Source of the DNA: a virus
IMG/VR virus record: IMGVR_UViG_3300042090_002405
Span: 17,288-81,287 of that record
Strand: one strand, 5' to 3'
DNA length: 64,000 nt
Part shown: piece after piece, positions 9,261 to 17,353 of the stretch
Layout: every line of letters begins with the position of its first letter
How positions within the stretch are numbered: the first letter of the stretch is position 1
Position numbers and translations under genes: made by a program
The notes under the pieces: generated by a model
Told to the model about the DNA's origin: nothing
Databases searched by the model: none
Seen by the model: only the letters and a program-made list of their open reading frames with translations

Positions 9261-9683
9261 CTAACCGCCCTCGTCCAAAGGGAGCTGCCCTCTTTGGGGG
9301 AGTGCGCCGCGCCCGCGCGGCGCCCCTCCAAGGCCGGCTGGAGCGCCTCCGAGGTGCTCAAGGCCCTCCAGGAGGGACGGAAGAAAGAAGACGAGGCAAG
9401 GCGCAAGCGACGCGGACGCATCTTGGCGATGATGGCGTGCGCATGGCGAGAACGAGCATACGTGGGTTTTCTTGAGCGACGACTCCCCGCGTTCCGGTGC
9501 GGGGATCAAACAGTCCGCGTGGTCACAATCGTTCAGGCAGACGGGGCACGGCTCGTGGCTGCACACGGCGCACGGTTGCTGCTCGCACTCGGCGCACGCG
9601 ATCTCCAAAAGAGCATCGTCGTACTCGAGCGGCGGTTGCGACGTCCAACCGGAGAGGTGCGGGCGAATCCTGGCTCGTCTCAT
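9261..9683 (-). CDS. Cys-rich hypothetical protein (uncertain; overlaps an opposite-strand ORF)
   Basis: CAECEQQPCAVCSHEPCPVCLNDCDHADC cluster. Confidence 0.35.
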   Translation of the reverse strand: MRRARIRPHLSGWTSQPPLEYDDALLEIACAECEQQPCAVCSHEPCPVCLNDCDHADCLIPAPERGESSLKKTHVCSFSPCARHHRQDASASLAPCLVFFLPSLLEGLEHLGGAPAGLGGAPRGRGALPQRGQLPLDEGG

Positions 9684-9869
9684 CGCGGCTTGCCGTGCGA
9701 GCGAATCACGCCGGAGTCTATCCGCGTCCGCTCGGACTTCTGCAACGGGTACCCCGTCGAGAAGGCAAACTCAGGACCTGGCAGTCGTCCTCCGCCGTCG
9801 ACCCGTCAATCTCGACCAACAAGACGTTAGGATGTTCGAAGGTTGCTTCGCATGCTTGGCAACGAAAGT

Positions 9870-10265
9870 TCACGTTGCGGTTCTCTTGCCGTTGCCGATC
9901 GTGTACGTCGTCGCTCTCTTGTTGCCCGATTTCTTGATCCGCTTCTCTTTCAGAGCCAGGGCGATGGGCCGGGGAAGCTCTTTCGCCTCGAGTCCGAGTT
10001 TTTCGCGGAGCGCTTCGGCCCGGAGCCCTTCGGGGGCCTTTGCGAGCAAAGAGCAGATCTTGTCGACAACCGCGCCGACGTCAGCGGCGGAGCGACGGGG
10101 GAGCCGGCCCGAGGCATTCCTCTTTTTTCGAGCCCCCAACGTCGGCGACGCCGCGGGGGCGGTACCGTTCGGCTTCACCTTCTTAATGACTTCGTTCAGG
10201 ACCATCGCGCGGATAGCAGCGACGAGCTCTTCCACCTTTTGCTCTACTTGTGCCGAGGTCGACAT
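9870..10265 (-). CDS. Myxobacterial-type small DNA-binding (winged-helix) protein
   Basis: GRLPRRS...LLAKAPEGLRAEALREKLGLEAKELPRPI...KSGNKRATTY resembles DNA-binding proteins I recall from Sorangium/Polyangium. Confidence 0.7.
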   Translation of the reverse strand: MSTSAQVEQKVEELVAAIRAMVLNEVIKKVKPNGTAPAASPTLGARKKRNASGRLPRRSAADVGAVVDKICSLLAKAPEGLRAEALREKLGLEAKELPRPIALALKEKRIKKSGNKRATTYTIGNGKRTAT

Positions 10266-10295
10266 GAGTATTCTTTCTTCCTTCCTTCCGAGGCC

Positions 10296-10346
10296 ACCGT
10301 AGCGTCCTCGTAGCTCGCCGTCAACCCGTGAGCTTGACTGAGCTAC
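10296..10346. promoter_or_regulatory. Back-to-back sigma70-like promoters with a GAGCTAC box after each -35
   Basis: Leftward TTGACG-17-TACGGT; rightward TTGACT; GTAGCTC...GAGCTAC inverted pair. Confidence 0.5.
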
Positions 10347-10361
10347 ATAGGAGGTGGCACA

Positions 10362-10577
10362 ATGGCGGCTGGCATGAAAAAGAAGGAGAGAAAGCCCAAG
10401 GGCGTCAAGAAGGACCTAACCAAGGTCCGCATGCTTCGTATGGGAGCCGATCTCGAGGCACGCATATGTGAACATCAGGCACGCGTCGAGGGGGAGACCG
10501 GATACGCGATTCAGGGGGGCTTTTCGGGTATGGTGCGCCTCCTGCTTGAGGAGGCCTTGGAGAGTCACTATGGATGA
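10362..10577 (+). CDS. RHH-like regulator
   Basis: KVRMLRMGADLEARI...FSGMVRLLLEEAL; RBS GGAGG. Confidence 0.6.
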   Translation: MAAGMKKKERKPKGVKKDLTKVRMLRMGADLEARICEHQARVEGETGYAIQGGFSGMVRLLLEEALESHYG

Positions 10578-10825
10578 AGCGAATGACAAGAGCTGAGTTC
10601 ATACAACGAGCCGTCCTCGCCGTCAGCGATCGCCGTTCTATATCCGACGCGGTTGACCTCGCCAACGCGCTTGAATCATCTGGAAAGGCACCGTGGGACG
10701 ACACGAAAGAAAATCGCCAGAACCGCGAGCAAATGATGTTCGGCGGGTGCCCTACTTGCGAGCGGTATCTTGACATCATCGCCGAACTGAAGACCGCCGA
10801 ACTGAAACGCAATCGGCAAGCGTAA
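10574..10825 (+). CDS. Hypothetical protein
   Basis: Coupled by overlap; CPTC motif. Confidence 0.6.
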   Translation: MKRMTRAEFIQRAVLAVSDRRSISDAVDLANALESSGKAPWDDTKENRQNREQMMFGGCPTCERYLDIIAELKTAELKRNRQA

Positions 10826-10925
10826 GCATCATCGGGCGCGTTGCGGCCACGTGCCGCCAGGTAGGAAGAGAGGAATCCGCCAAAATGCTCGAGGCGGTGG
10901 CGCGCGAAGTAAGCGCACGTGACAG

Positions 10926-11222
10926 ATGACTCAGCGACCCTACCGCGAACTAGCGCTTGTCGCGCCACGCGTCGATGAGCTGGCGACACCCTTGTCACCG
11001 CTCAGCAAGACACGGTGTCCAAAATGTACCGCAATACCTGAATTCTCAGCATTCGCTTCTTCATACAAATCCGATCCAATCGTATTCAGTGGCCGTGGCC
11101 TATGCACTGGGCGGAAGATCGGGCACGAGACGCGCGAGCATTTTCACGTCAAATGCAGAGTCTGCAAATCGCGTTTCTTGATGGCACCGGCGGATAGCCC
11201 CTCTCCGATGGATGACAAATGA
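10926..11222 (+). CDS. Zn-finger hypothetical protein
   Basis: CPKC...C...EHFHVKCRVC. Confidence 0.6.
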   Translation: MTQRPYRELALVAPRVDELATPLSPLSKTRCPKCTAIPEFSAFASSYKSDPIVFSGRGLCTGRKIGHETREHFHVKCRVCKSRFLMAPADSPSPMDDK

Positions 11223-11524
11223 CCGACTACATCCGCACCGATGCCGAGCTCGCTCATCAGCACGCCTACGAGGCGCGCGAAGCCGCCCGGCATGCCGTCG
11301 CGGCGATCCACTACCGCATCGTCGAGAGCGCCCCGCCGCCGGCGGACATCATCACCCGCGGGGCCGCATGGCGCGTCGTCCGCGAGATCTCCAAAAAGCA
11401 GGAATGGAGCGGATGGTTTTTCAGACGCGTAGAGGCCGCTGCGTACCGCGACGAGCAGATGCGACGAGACAGAGCAGCGGCGCAGAGGCTAGGGATTCAT
11501 GTGCACGTGACGGGCGATCGATGA
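11219..11524 (+). CDS. Hypothetical protein
   Basis: ATGA overlaps at both ends. Confidence 0.6.
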   Translation: MTDYIRTDAELAHQHAYEAREAARHAVAAIHYRIVESAPPPADIITRGAAWRVVREISKKQEWSGWFFRRVEAAAYRDEQMRRDRAAAQRLGIHVHVTGDR

Positions 11525-11733
11525 CCACCGTCGGCGTCTCCGGCATGGGCCGCGATCAACTGATTGCGCTGCTCCACGCAACCGCCGACGAGCGGGATGC
11601 AATGCGCAAGGCGCTCCAGGACACCCTCAGCGTCATCGCTAAGGAGGCCGAAACACCGCATGCACGCCATGGCGATCTTGATCGGCGCATCAAGGACATC
11701 GAACAGTTAGCTCGCGTTGCGCTTTGGTTGTAA
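11521..11733 (+). CDS. Hypothetical coiled-coil protein
   Basis: ATGA overlap; MTTVGVSGMGRDQLIALLH... Confidence 0.55.
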   Translation: MTTVGVSGMGRDQLIALLHATADERDAMRKALQDTLSVIAKEAETPHARHGDLDRRIKDIEQLARVALWL

Positions 11734-11745
11734 CGGAGGAATCCT

Positions 11746-12012
11746 ATGGACGCACGACAGAAAGCAAAAGACCTGATAACCCTCGCCCTCGACGAGCGCA
11801 CCCCAGAAAAGGAGCGGATTTCGGCCGCTTTTGGATGCCTGAAGGTGATCGCGAAAAACGGGCTCCTCGACAGTCCTCTTGACGGCATCCTCAGCAGCGA
11901 TAACGAGACGGTACAGGCCGCTGCGACAATCTTCGAGGCGTTGTCCAACCCCGTCCTCGTGAAGAGCGTACGGAAGATCGCGGGCGGGTTCAGCCGGGGG
12001 CGGCGGCGATGA
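11746..12012 (+). CDS. Hypothetical protein
   Basis: RBS GGAGG; helical ORF. Confidence 0.65.
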   Translation: MDARQKAKDLITLALDERTPEKERISAAFGCLKVIAKNGLLDSPLDGILSSDNETVQAAATIFEALSNPVLVKSVRKIAGGFSRGRRR

Positions 12013-12311
12013 GCATGCGGGGTGAACCGGCACGAGAGTGGTTCACTTTATTTGAAAATAGAGTGAAAATATTGGAGGGGAAGGTGCGGCGGCTCGAAGA
12101 AAGGAGCGTTCAACCCTCCGTCGAGACGACGACGGGCACCGAGGACATGAACGCCGCCCGTGAGTGGCTCCGCCGCGAAGCGACCGAAGCGCCGTACGAG
12201 GGCCAGCGGGAGCGGCTTGCCGCCTTGCTCGCGAAAACGCGTCGGGATGCGCTGGAGCGAGCGATGCTATATGCGTGGAAATCGCCGCAGAATGTGTTCA
12301 GGAAGGCATGA
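12009..12311 (+). CDS. Hypothetical protein
   Basis: ATGA overlap. Confidence 0.55.
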   Translation: MSMRGEPAREWFTLFENRVKILEGKVRRLEERSVQPSVETTTGTEDMNAAREWLRREATEAPYEGQRERLAALLAKTRRDALERAMLYAWKSPQNVFRKA

Positions 12312-12366
12312 GAGACGGGGCGTTGCTCTGTAAAGGATACATCGAGGCGCTAATCGGAAAGTAGGA

Positions 12367-12732
12367 TCAGCTACAGAGCTTCGCGATCCCCTCCTTGATC
12401 AGCCCCTCGAGGGGCTCCCCGGCGACCACCCGCGGGCGCACCGTCGCGGCGAACGCCCGAACAGCGGGCGCCCGGAACCCCATCCCGACTAGGGCATGCG
12501 TGAGCTGCTCCTCCTTCGGGCCCTCCCCTGCCTTCTCGGCCGGCTTCGGCGCGGTCTCCGGGGCCCTCGGGGCCTTCGCCGGGCTCTTCATGGCCCCCGC
12601 CAGCCATGCTACCGCCCTCGTCATCGCCTGTAGCGCCCTAGCAGCCAGCTCGAGGAGTCCGGCGGTCAAGCCGAGCACCCCGGCGACGAGCCCGAAGACG
12701 GCAACCAAGAGGCGGATGACGGCACGTTTCAT
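12367..12732 (-). CDS. Membrane-anchored protein with a RuvA domain III-like C-terminus
   Basis: N-terminal TM, Pro/Ala linker, EEQLTHALVGMGFRAPAVR...PLEGLIKEGIAKL; RBS AGGAGG. Confidence 0.6.
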   Translation of the reverse strand: MKRAVIRLLVAVFGLVAGVLGLTAGLLELAARALQAMTRAVAWLAGAMKSPAKAPRAPETAPKPAEKAGEGPKEEQLTHALVGMGFRAPAVRAFAATVRPRVVAGEPLEGLIKEGIAKLCS

Positions 12733-12770
12733 GATCTGTCCTCCTGCGCGCGGATCCTGTCTGCACCTCT

Positions 12771-12854
12771 ATTCTAACCATCTGGGATTCGGCGTCAACC
12801 AGCGACGTTCTTTAGGTTGCAGTGGTTGACAAGGAATCGCACTGGGATTATTGT
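12771..12854. promoter_or_regulatory. Divergent sigma70-like promoter pair
   Basis: Rightward TTGACA(12826)-17-TATTGT; leftward TTGACG(12798)-16-TAGAAT; both read GGTTGACnnnGAATCnCA. Confidence 0.65.
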
Positions 12855-12951
12855 GAGGGTATGAAGACGGCGCGAAAGACCTCGACGACGAAGAAGACCA
12901 CGAAGAAGTTTGCCCCGGTATTGGTTCCACCACCCACATTCGGAGATTTGC

Positions 12952-13155
12952 ATGACCCTCGCCGATTTAGAACTCGAGCTCGCCAAGCGCGGTGTCGTTC
13001 TCGCGGTTCACCGATCAGCCGGCCGCTGGCTTGCTCTCGTCACGGGAGAGGTGAGTGGTACCGGCGAGTCATTGGAACTAGACGTGGCGGTCTATCGAGC
13101 GCTAGCAAAGTTCGACGAAAAAATAGCGCAGAGCTTCTGTAAGGGGTCAGCGTGA
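12952..13155 (+). CDS. Hypothetical protein
   Basis: RBS GGAG; MTLADLELELAKRG... Confidence 0.55.
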   Translation: MTLADLELELAKRGVVLAVHRSAGRWLALVTGEVSGTGESLELDVAVYRALAKFDEKIAQSFCKGSA

Positions 13156-13318
13156 CCTCCGGGCGCCCTCGTCGCGGCGGTCCTCGTCGATCAAAATACG
13201 CCCTCCAGCACCCCTATTGCTGCCCCGTCTGCGGCGGTGCGATGCGTGAAACTTCAGGGATGGTGCGTGTTCTGGTTTGCGCCGATCGCACGTGCGCACC
13301 GGCCTTTTATCGAAAGGG

Positions 13319-13501
13319 ATGAAAATGTGGACGATCGAGTGCCGATGGGCGAAAGAGGGATGCGAGTGGGTGCGGCAGGTCGACTTGGATGGCCGACCAT
13401 CCGTGTATTACTCGCACCAAGAGGCCGCACAGGACGCGGCGACGCTAAACGACATGGCGGGGGCGACGGGTTGGGAGTTCCGGGCGGTCGTGGCGCCATG
13501 A
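13319..13501 (+). CDS. Hypothetical protein
   Basis: Small coupled ORF. Confidence 0.5.
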   Translation: MKMWTIECRWAKEGCEWVRQVDLDGRPSVYYSHQEAAQDAATLNDMAGATGWEFRAVVAP

Positions 13502-13665
13502 ACCATCTGTCGCGAGACGAGCTAAGCCTCGTTCGGGCCTTTTTGCGGGATCGGCAGGGCCAGGTTGTTCCGACGCCGCGTGCTTGGATTACGGCACTCC
13601 TGGACGAGGTCGAGCAACGTCGACGCGCCTCCAACGAAGACGACGAGGTAGAGAAGAAGTCATGA
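13498..13665 (+). CDS. Hypothetical protein
   Basis: ATGA overlaps at both ends. Confidence 0.5.
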   Translation: MNHLSRDELSLVRAFLRDRQGQVVPTPRAWITALLDEVEQRRRASNEDDEVEKKS

Positions 13666-13850
13666 CTGACAAGGAAGAGAGCAGTATCCAGATAGCCGTA
13701 CGCCTTCCGGAGTCCTGGCTCAGGGAGCTCGACGACTTCGCCAAGGCGGCGTCCGAGCCGGGACGGCAGACGTACCGTGCGGACGTGCATCGAATGGCAC
13801 TTCGTCGCGGGCTTGATCTTTTGGCGAAAGAGCGCAAGAAGCGGGGATGA
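13662..13850 (+). CDS. RHH regulator
   Basis: IQIAVRLPESWLRELDDFA...RADVHRMALRRGL. Confidence 0.7.
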   Translation: MTDKEESSIQIAVRLPESWLRELDDFAKAASEPGRQTYRADVHRMALRRGLDLLAKERKKRG

Positions 13851-14056
13851 GAAAAGTAGAGGAGGAACCCGTCTGCCCCGCGGCCATTGCCGGGACGGAT
13901 CCCTCGTGGGTGCCCCGAACGCCCGATCTGCGCTTCGGGCTGCGCAACGGCCGGCTCTGCTCACTGCCGCAGAGACTGTCGCTGAAGCCGACGGTAGAGG
14001 AAATGATCGTCGTCGACGAGCCCACCGAGGGGGACCGGAACGAAGAGGCAAGATGA
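13847..14056 (+). CDS. Hypothetical protein
   Basis: Coupled by overlap. Confidence 0.45.
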   Translation: MRKVEEEPVCPAAIAGTDPSWVPRTPDLRFGLRNGRLCSLPQRLSLKPTVEEMIVVDEPTEGDRNEEAR

Positions 14057-14250
14057 AGACGTGTATCGTGTGCGATTGTCGCGACAGCGGCTCGGAAGGT
14101 TTGCCGGATGCGCTCTTACAGGGCGCGGCGACTACTACTCTCGCCTTTGTTCTTGAAGAGGGCGTCACGGCTGCAAGAGACGGTTTGTGTGGTCGACACC
14201 GGACGTTGGTAGAGGCGGCGCGGGAGATAGCTAGAGGAATGCGGCAATGA
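14053..14250 (+). CDS. Small Zn-binding hypothetical protein
   Basis: CIVC...LCGRH. Confidence 0.55.
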   Translation: MKTCIVCDCRDSGSEGLPDALLQGAATTTLAFVLEEGVTAARDGLCGRHRTLVEAAREIARGMRQ

Positions 14251-14423
14251 GACTCGTGGTCATCGAAAGCCCGTACGGGCGCAATGTAGACGGCTCCGTT
14301 GCCATGCGAGCGCATATGTGCAAACACGACCGAGGGGCCGAGTGGGAGTCGGAGGTGTGTCACGATTGCGGGATGCGGTTGAAGGGAACGGGGCGCCCTC
14401 ATCCGGTAGAATATGACGAATGA
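14247..14423 (+). pseudogene. Truncated/chimeric gene with an MRLVVIESPY N-terminus
   Basis: N-terminus matches a common phage deoxyribosyltransferase-like family start, then diverges after about 15 aa. Confidence 0.4.
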
Positions 14424-14583
14424 ACCGCGCCGAGCATGCGTACGCCGGTCTCCATGATGTGACGTCGATCGGCGTCGTTCGCGTGGTGGCAGTCGAACAG
14501 AACACGATTCGCGTGATAGGATGGGTACGCCGTCCGCGCCAGAAACCGTATCGCGCGCTGCGCCCTTTTTGCGAGGAGCCGTC

Positions 14584-14907
14584 ATGAGCGTCCAATTCAT
14601 CGTGCAAGTCTTCGTGTCTTCGAGGTCCAAGCTTGAAGCGCCCGACATTGAAGGAGTGGTGTACGACGTCGCTAGCACAAGCACGTTTCATGGATGTTCG
14701 TGGACCTACCACGACGGAACGGCAGTCGGGGGACTATATCAGTTCGAGCGCAGTCTCCACACGCCGGAGGACGCAGAGGCCTCGACGATCATCCGTGACA
14801 TTCAACGGGGTATTCGGCGTGCGGTCGGCGCGGGCCCGACCATAGACGTGCGCGTTCTGAACGCTGATCAGGCTAGATGGGTAGTTGAATTGAGGCGGCG
14901 GGGATAG
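14584..14907 (+). CDS. Hypothetical protein
   Basis: RBS GAGGAG; last rightward gene before a convergent junction. Confidence 0.55.
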   Translation: MSVQFIVQVFVSSRSKLEAPDIEGVVYDVASTSTFHGCSWTYHDGTAVGGLYQFERSLHTPEDAEASTIIRDIQRGIRRAVGAGPTIDVRVLNADQARWVVELRRRG

Positions 14908-14908
14908 A

Positions 14909-16855
14909 TCAGTCCCCGCGTACGGGGCCTTCGGCCGCGGACCGTTTCGGCCTCACCGTCGATCGCGGCGGATTCCGGCTCAAGATGAACTCCACGTATC
15001 CGCCCTCTTGGTCGGCGTGCTGCTTGGCCTCGCCGTAGTCGCGGAAGGGGCCGGCGACGGCGCGGCCGTCCACGTCGACGGCGATGTAATCGCGAACGGC
15101 ATGCCCCCCGGCTTCCGCGATGGTTCCTCCTTGAGGGCCGCTCATCGCTCTACGGTTCGATAGTCCGTGCGCCGGAGAATGCTCTACGATCGGCTCCGCG
15201 TTGGCCGGCAGCCTATCGATCGTCTTCCGCTCGCCCGGCGCGTGCGTGTGCCAGTAGCCGCCCTCGGACCAAACGCAGGATTCGGCGTACCAGCCGTCCT
15301 CCAGCGGGAAGTAGAGTCTTGTTTCGCCGTCGACGACGCTTACGTGGGTCGCGCCCTCGCGCTGGGCGTGCGCGATGAGCTCGGGGAGGGTAGAGAAATC
15401 AGCAACTAGGTGTTGCGTCTCGCGAGCCCGCTTGCTCGTCAAAGGCGGATACTCATCGATGACATCGGCCCCGTAATGCAGGGTGACCCGATATCCCTGT
15501 CGTGCATGCGTCAATGCGGATACTCTCGCCCTACGTTCGTCGTGCGCAAACGTCGCGCTTGCTAACGAATGGGTCCCGTAATCAGGGCGCGAGAGAGTGA
15601 GCCACCAACCTTCATGCTCTTCGGAGACGGTCTCGTGCATTTCTCGCATTCCGCGCCCCGCCATCGGCCCATGCCCCGGCTGCGTCGTGGCCAGATTCGA
15701 CGCCTCTTCGCGACTCCACCATCGTTGCCAGGATGGACCGAAACGGTGGCCGCCGTCGATCGGCTGAATCGCATGTGCAATGGCGCCATCGATATGGGCT
15801 CCATGCGACGCTAGAGCTGCCTCGAATTGATAAATCGACGGCGTGGATCCTTGCACATGCCACTCAACAGTGACCTTGTCAGACTGGATGTCGTGTGGCG
15901 TGGGGGCGCCTTTGGCGTAGAGGTTGGTAGCCTTGTAGTCGTAGATGACTACGTCGCCGACTTTCCACTCGAACGCCGTCTTGTACGGATCTGCGACCAT
16001 GTGCGGCTGTCCGAACATGCGAACTAAGTCGGAGTATTTTGCAAGGAGGATATTCTCGTCGCGCAGGAAGACAGGTCCGGACGGTTCCGTCTTGCCGCAT
16101 CGGCCGGCCACGGTTCCCCGCACCTCTCCGACTTCTCCGCCCTCCGCAAGTGCCGCCGCCAGCGCATCCCGGATGGTGTAGAGCTCGTCGATGTCTTTCT
16201 TCGAGAAGGTCCCCTTGCCGAGGTGGTACTTCTTCCCTGTTTTTTTCACCTTGCCGATGTCGGTCTCGATGTTCGCCAAGGCATCGCGAATGACCTCCGC
16301 GGGAGCCTCCCCGCCGCTACTGTAGATCGCATAGAGCGGATCCCCCTGCCCGGCCCACCAGTTCTGAAAGAGCTGCAACGCTTCGTAGTCGTAGATTATG
16401 ATCACACGGTCGGCGTCCACGGGATGATGGTGTTGGCGAACTACGGGCTTCGGGCTCATCGGCGTCTCCAAGTACGAGGACTCTTCTTTCAGGCCTTCGG
16501 TGCTTCCGTAGGGCGCAGGGGCCACGACGGAGAGAGGTTCTTCAGCGGGGCGAATCGCGTCCTCCCATGTGAGCTTCTCACGGATCCACCATGCAGGCGC
16601 GCCAGTAAGCCACGCCTCGCCGCGGGGGCTGATCCGCACTAGCAAATCGATGATCTTGTCGCCGATTTTGTCCGCGCGTCCTTCGAACCGTTCAAGTTTC
16701 GCGCGCTCGGCCCGTGTGATCCAGTTCTGCCAGCGCGGGTCGGAATAACCGTACCGAGCTTGCAGCGAAGATCGGTACTCGTCGGCAGCGGCGCGCGCCG
16801 TCGCGTAGGACGCGTGCAGATCATCCCATCTTCGTCTGTCGGCCGCGGTAGGCAT
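14909..16855 (-). CDS. Multi-module (polyvalent-like) protein
   Basis: 648 aa of short unrelated modules, including a common phage domain (YSDLVRMFGQP..KTAFEW..IYDYK..EWHVQG). Confidence 0.75.
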   Translation of the reverse strand: MPTAADRRRWDDLHASYATARAAADEYRSSLQARYGYSDPRWQNWITRAERAKLERFEGRADKIGDKIIDLLVRISPRGEAWLTGAPAWWIREKLTWEDAIRPAEEPLSVVAPAPYGSTEGLKEESSYLETPMSPKPVVRQHHHPVDADRVIIIYDYEALQLFQNWWAGQGDPLYAIYSSGGEAPAEVIRDALANIETDIGKVKKTGKKYHLGKGTFSKKDIDELYTIRDALAAALAEGGEVGEVRGTVAGRCGKTEPSGPVFLRDENILLAKYSDLVRMFGQPHMVADPYKTAFEWKVGDVVIYDYKATNLYAKGAPTPHDIQSDKVTVEWHVQGSTPSIYQFEAALASHGAHIDGAIAHAIQPIDGGHRFGPSWQRWWSREEASNLATTQPGHGPMAGRGMREMHETVSEEHEGWWLTLSRPDYGTHSLASATFAHDERRARVSALTHARQGYRVTLHYGADVIDEYPPLTSKRARETQHLVADFSTLPELIAHAQREGATHVSVVDGETRLYFPLEDGWYAESCVWSEGGYWHTHAPGERKTIDRLPANAEPIVEHSPAHGLSNRRAMSGPQGGTIAEAGGHAVRDYIAVDVDGRAVAGPFRDYGEAKQHADQEGGYVEFILSRNPPRSTVRPKRSAAEGPVRGD

Positions 16856-16857
16856 TT

Positions 16858-17328
16858 TTACCGGCGTCTCCTCGACTCCATCACGTGCGTCGGCGGGGTC
16901 GATACGACGGGCGGGGGCGGTACTTCCTCCTCTTCCTCTTCTTCCTCCTCATCGTTCTCTTCGTCGTTCTCTTCGTCCCCCTCGCATCCCTCGTCCTCTT
17001 CTTCCTCGTCTTCTTCAAACTCTTCCTGGATCTCGTCCCACAGCTCCCGGGCGCCGTCTTCGTGTTCGAACCATGTCACCTCGAAGCATCCGTCCACCTG
17101 CTCGAACACCGCCGCAACGCTCGTGTCCAAAAGCGCGTCGTCGCTGTCGTCGAGTGCAACGTTCTCGTCCGCGATGCTCCGGATGCGCATCCGCGTGGAG
17201 GGACTTATCCAGAGAAGTCCGTACCAGTTGCCGTCGACGTCCTCCTCTTCCTCGTCGGCGCCCCCGTCTTGCGTGAGCTCGTACGCGTACCGATCGAGGT
17301 TGTTGCTGAATTTTCCGGGCATCGTCAT
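16858..17328 (-). CDS. Highly acidic protein (DNA-mimic candidate)
   Basis: Asp/Glu-dominated sequence with a poly-E tract; RBS GGAGG. Confidence 0.7.
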   Translation of the reverse strand: MTMPGKFSNNLDRYAYELTQDGGADEEEEDVDGNWYGLLWISPSTRMRIRSIADENVALDDSDDALLDTSVAAVFEQVDGCFEVTWFEHEDGARELWDEIQEEFEEDEEEEDEGCEGDEENDEENDEEEEEEEEEVPPPPVVSTPPTHVMESRRRR

Positions 17329-17353
17329 CTCCTCCAAAGTCCGTGCATACGAT

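Noticed and set aside
9222-9830. 202-aa plus-strand ORF
   Set aside because: The 5' part may be real, but the rest overlaps a Cys-rich minus-strand ORF; could not resolve
13254-14684. 476-aa minus-strand ORF
   Set aside because: Shadow of a tightly coupled series of plus-strand small genes; R/S/P-rich junk composition
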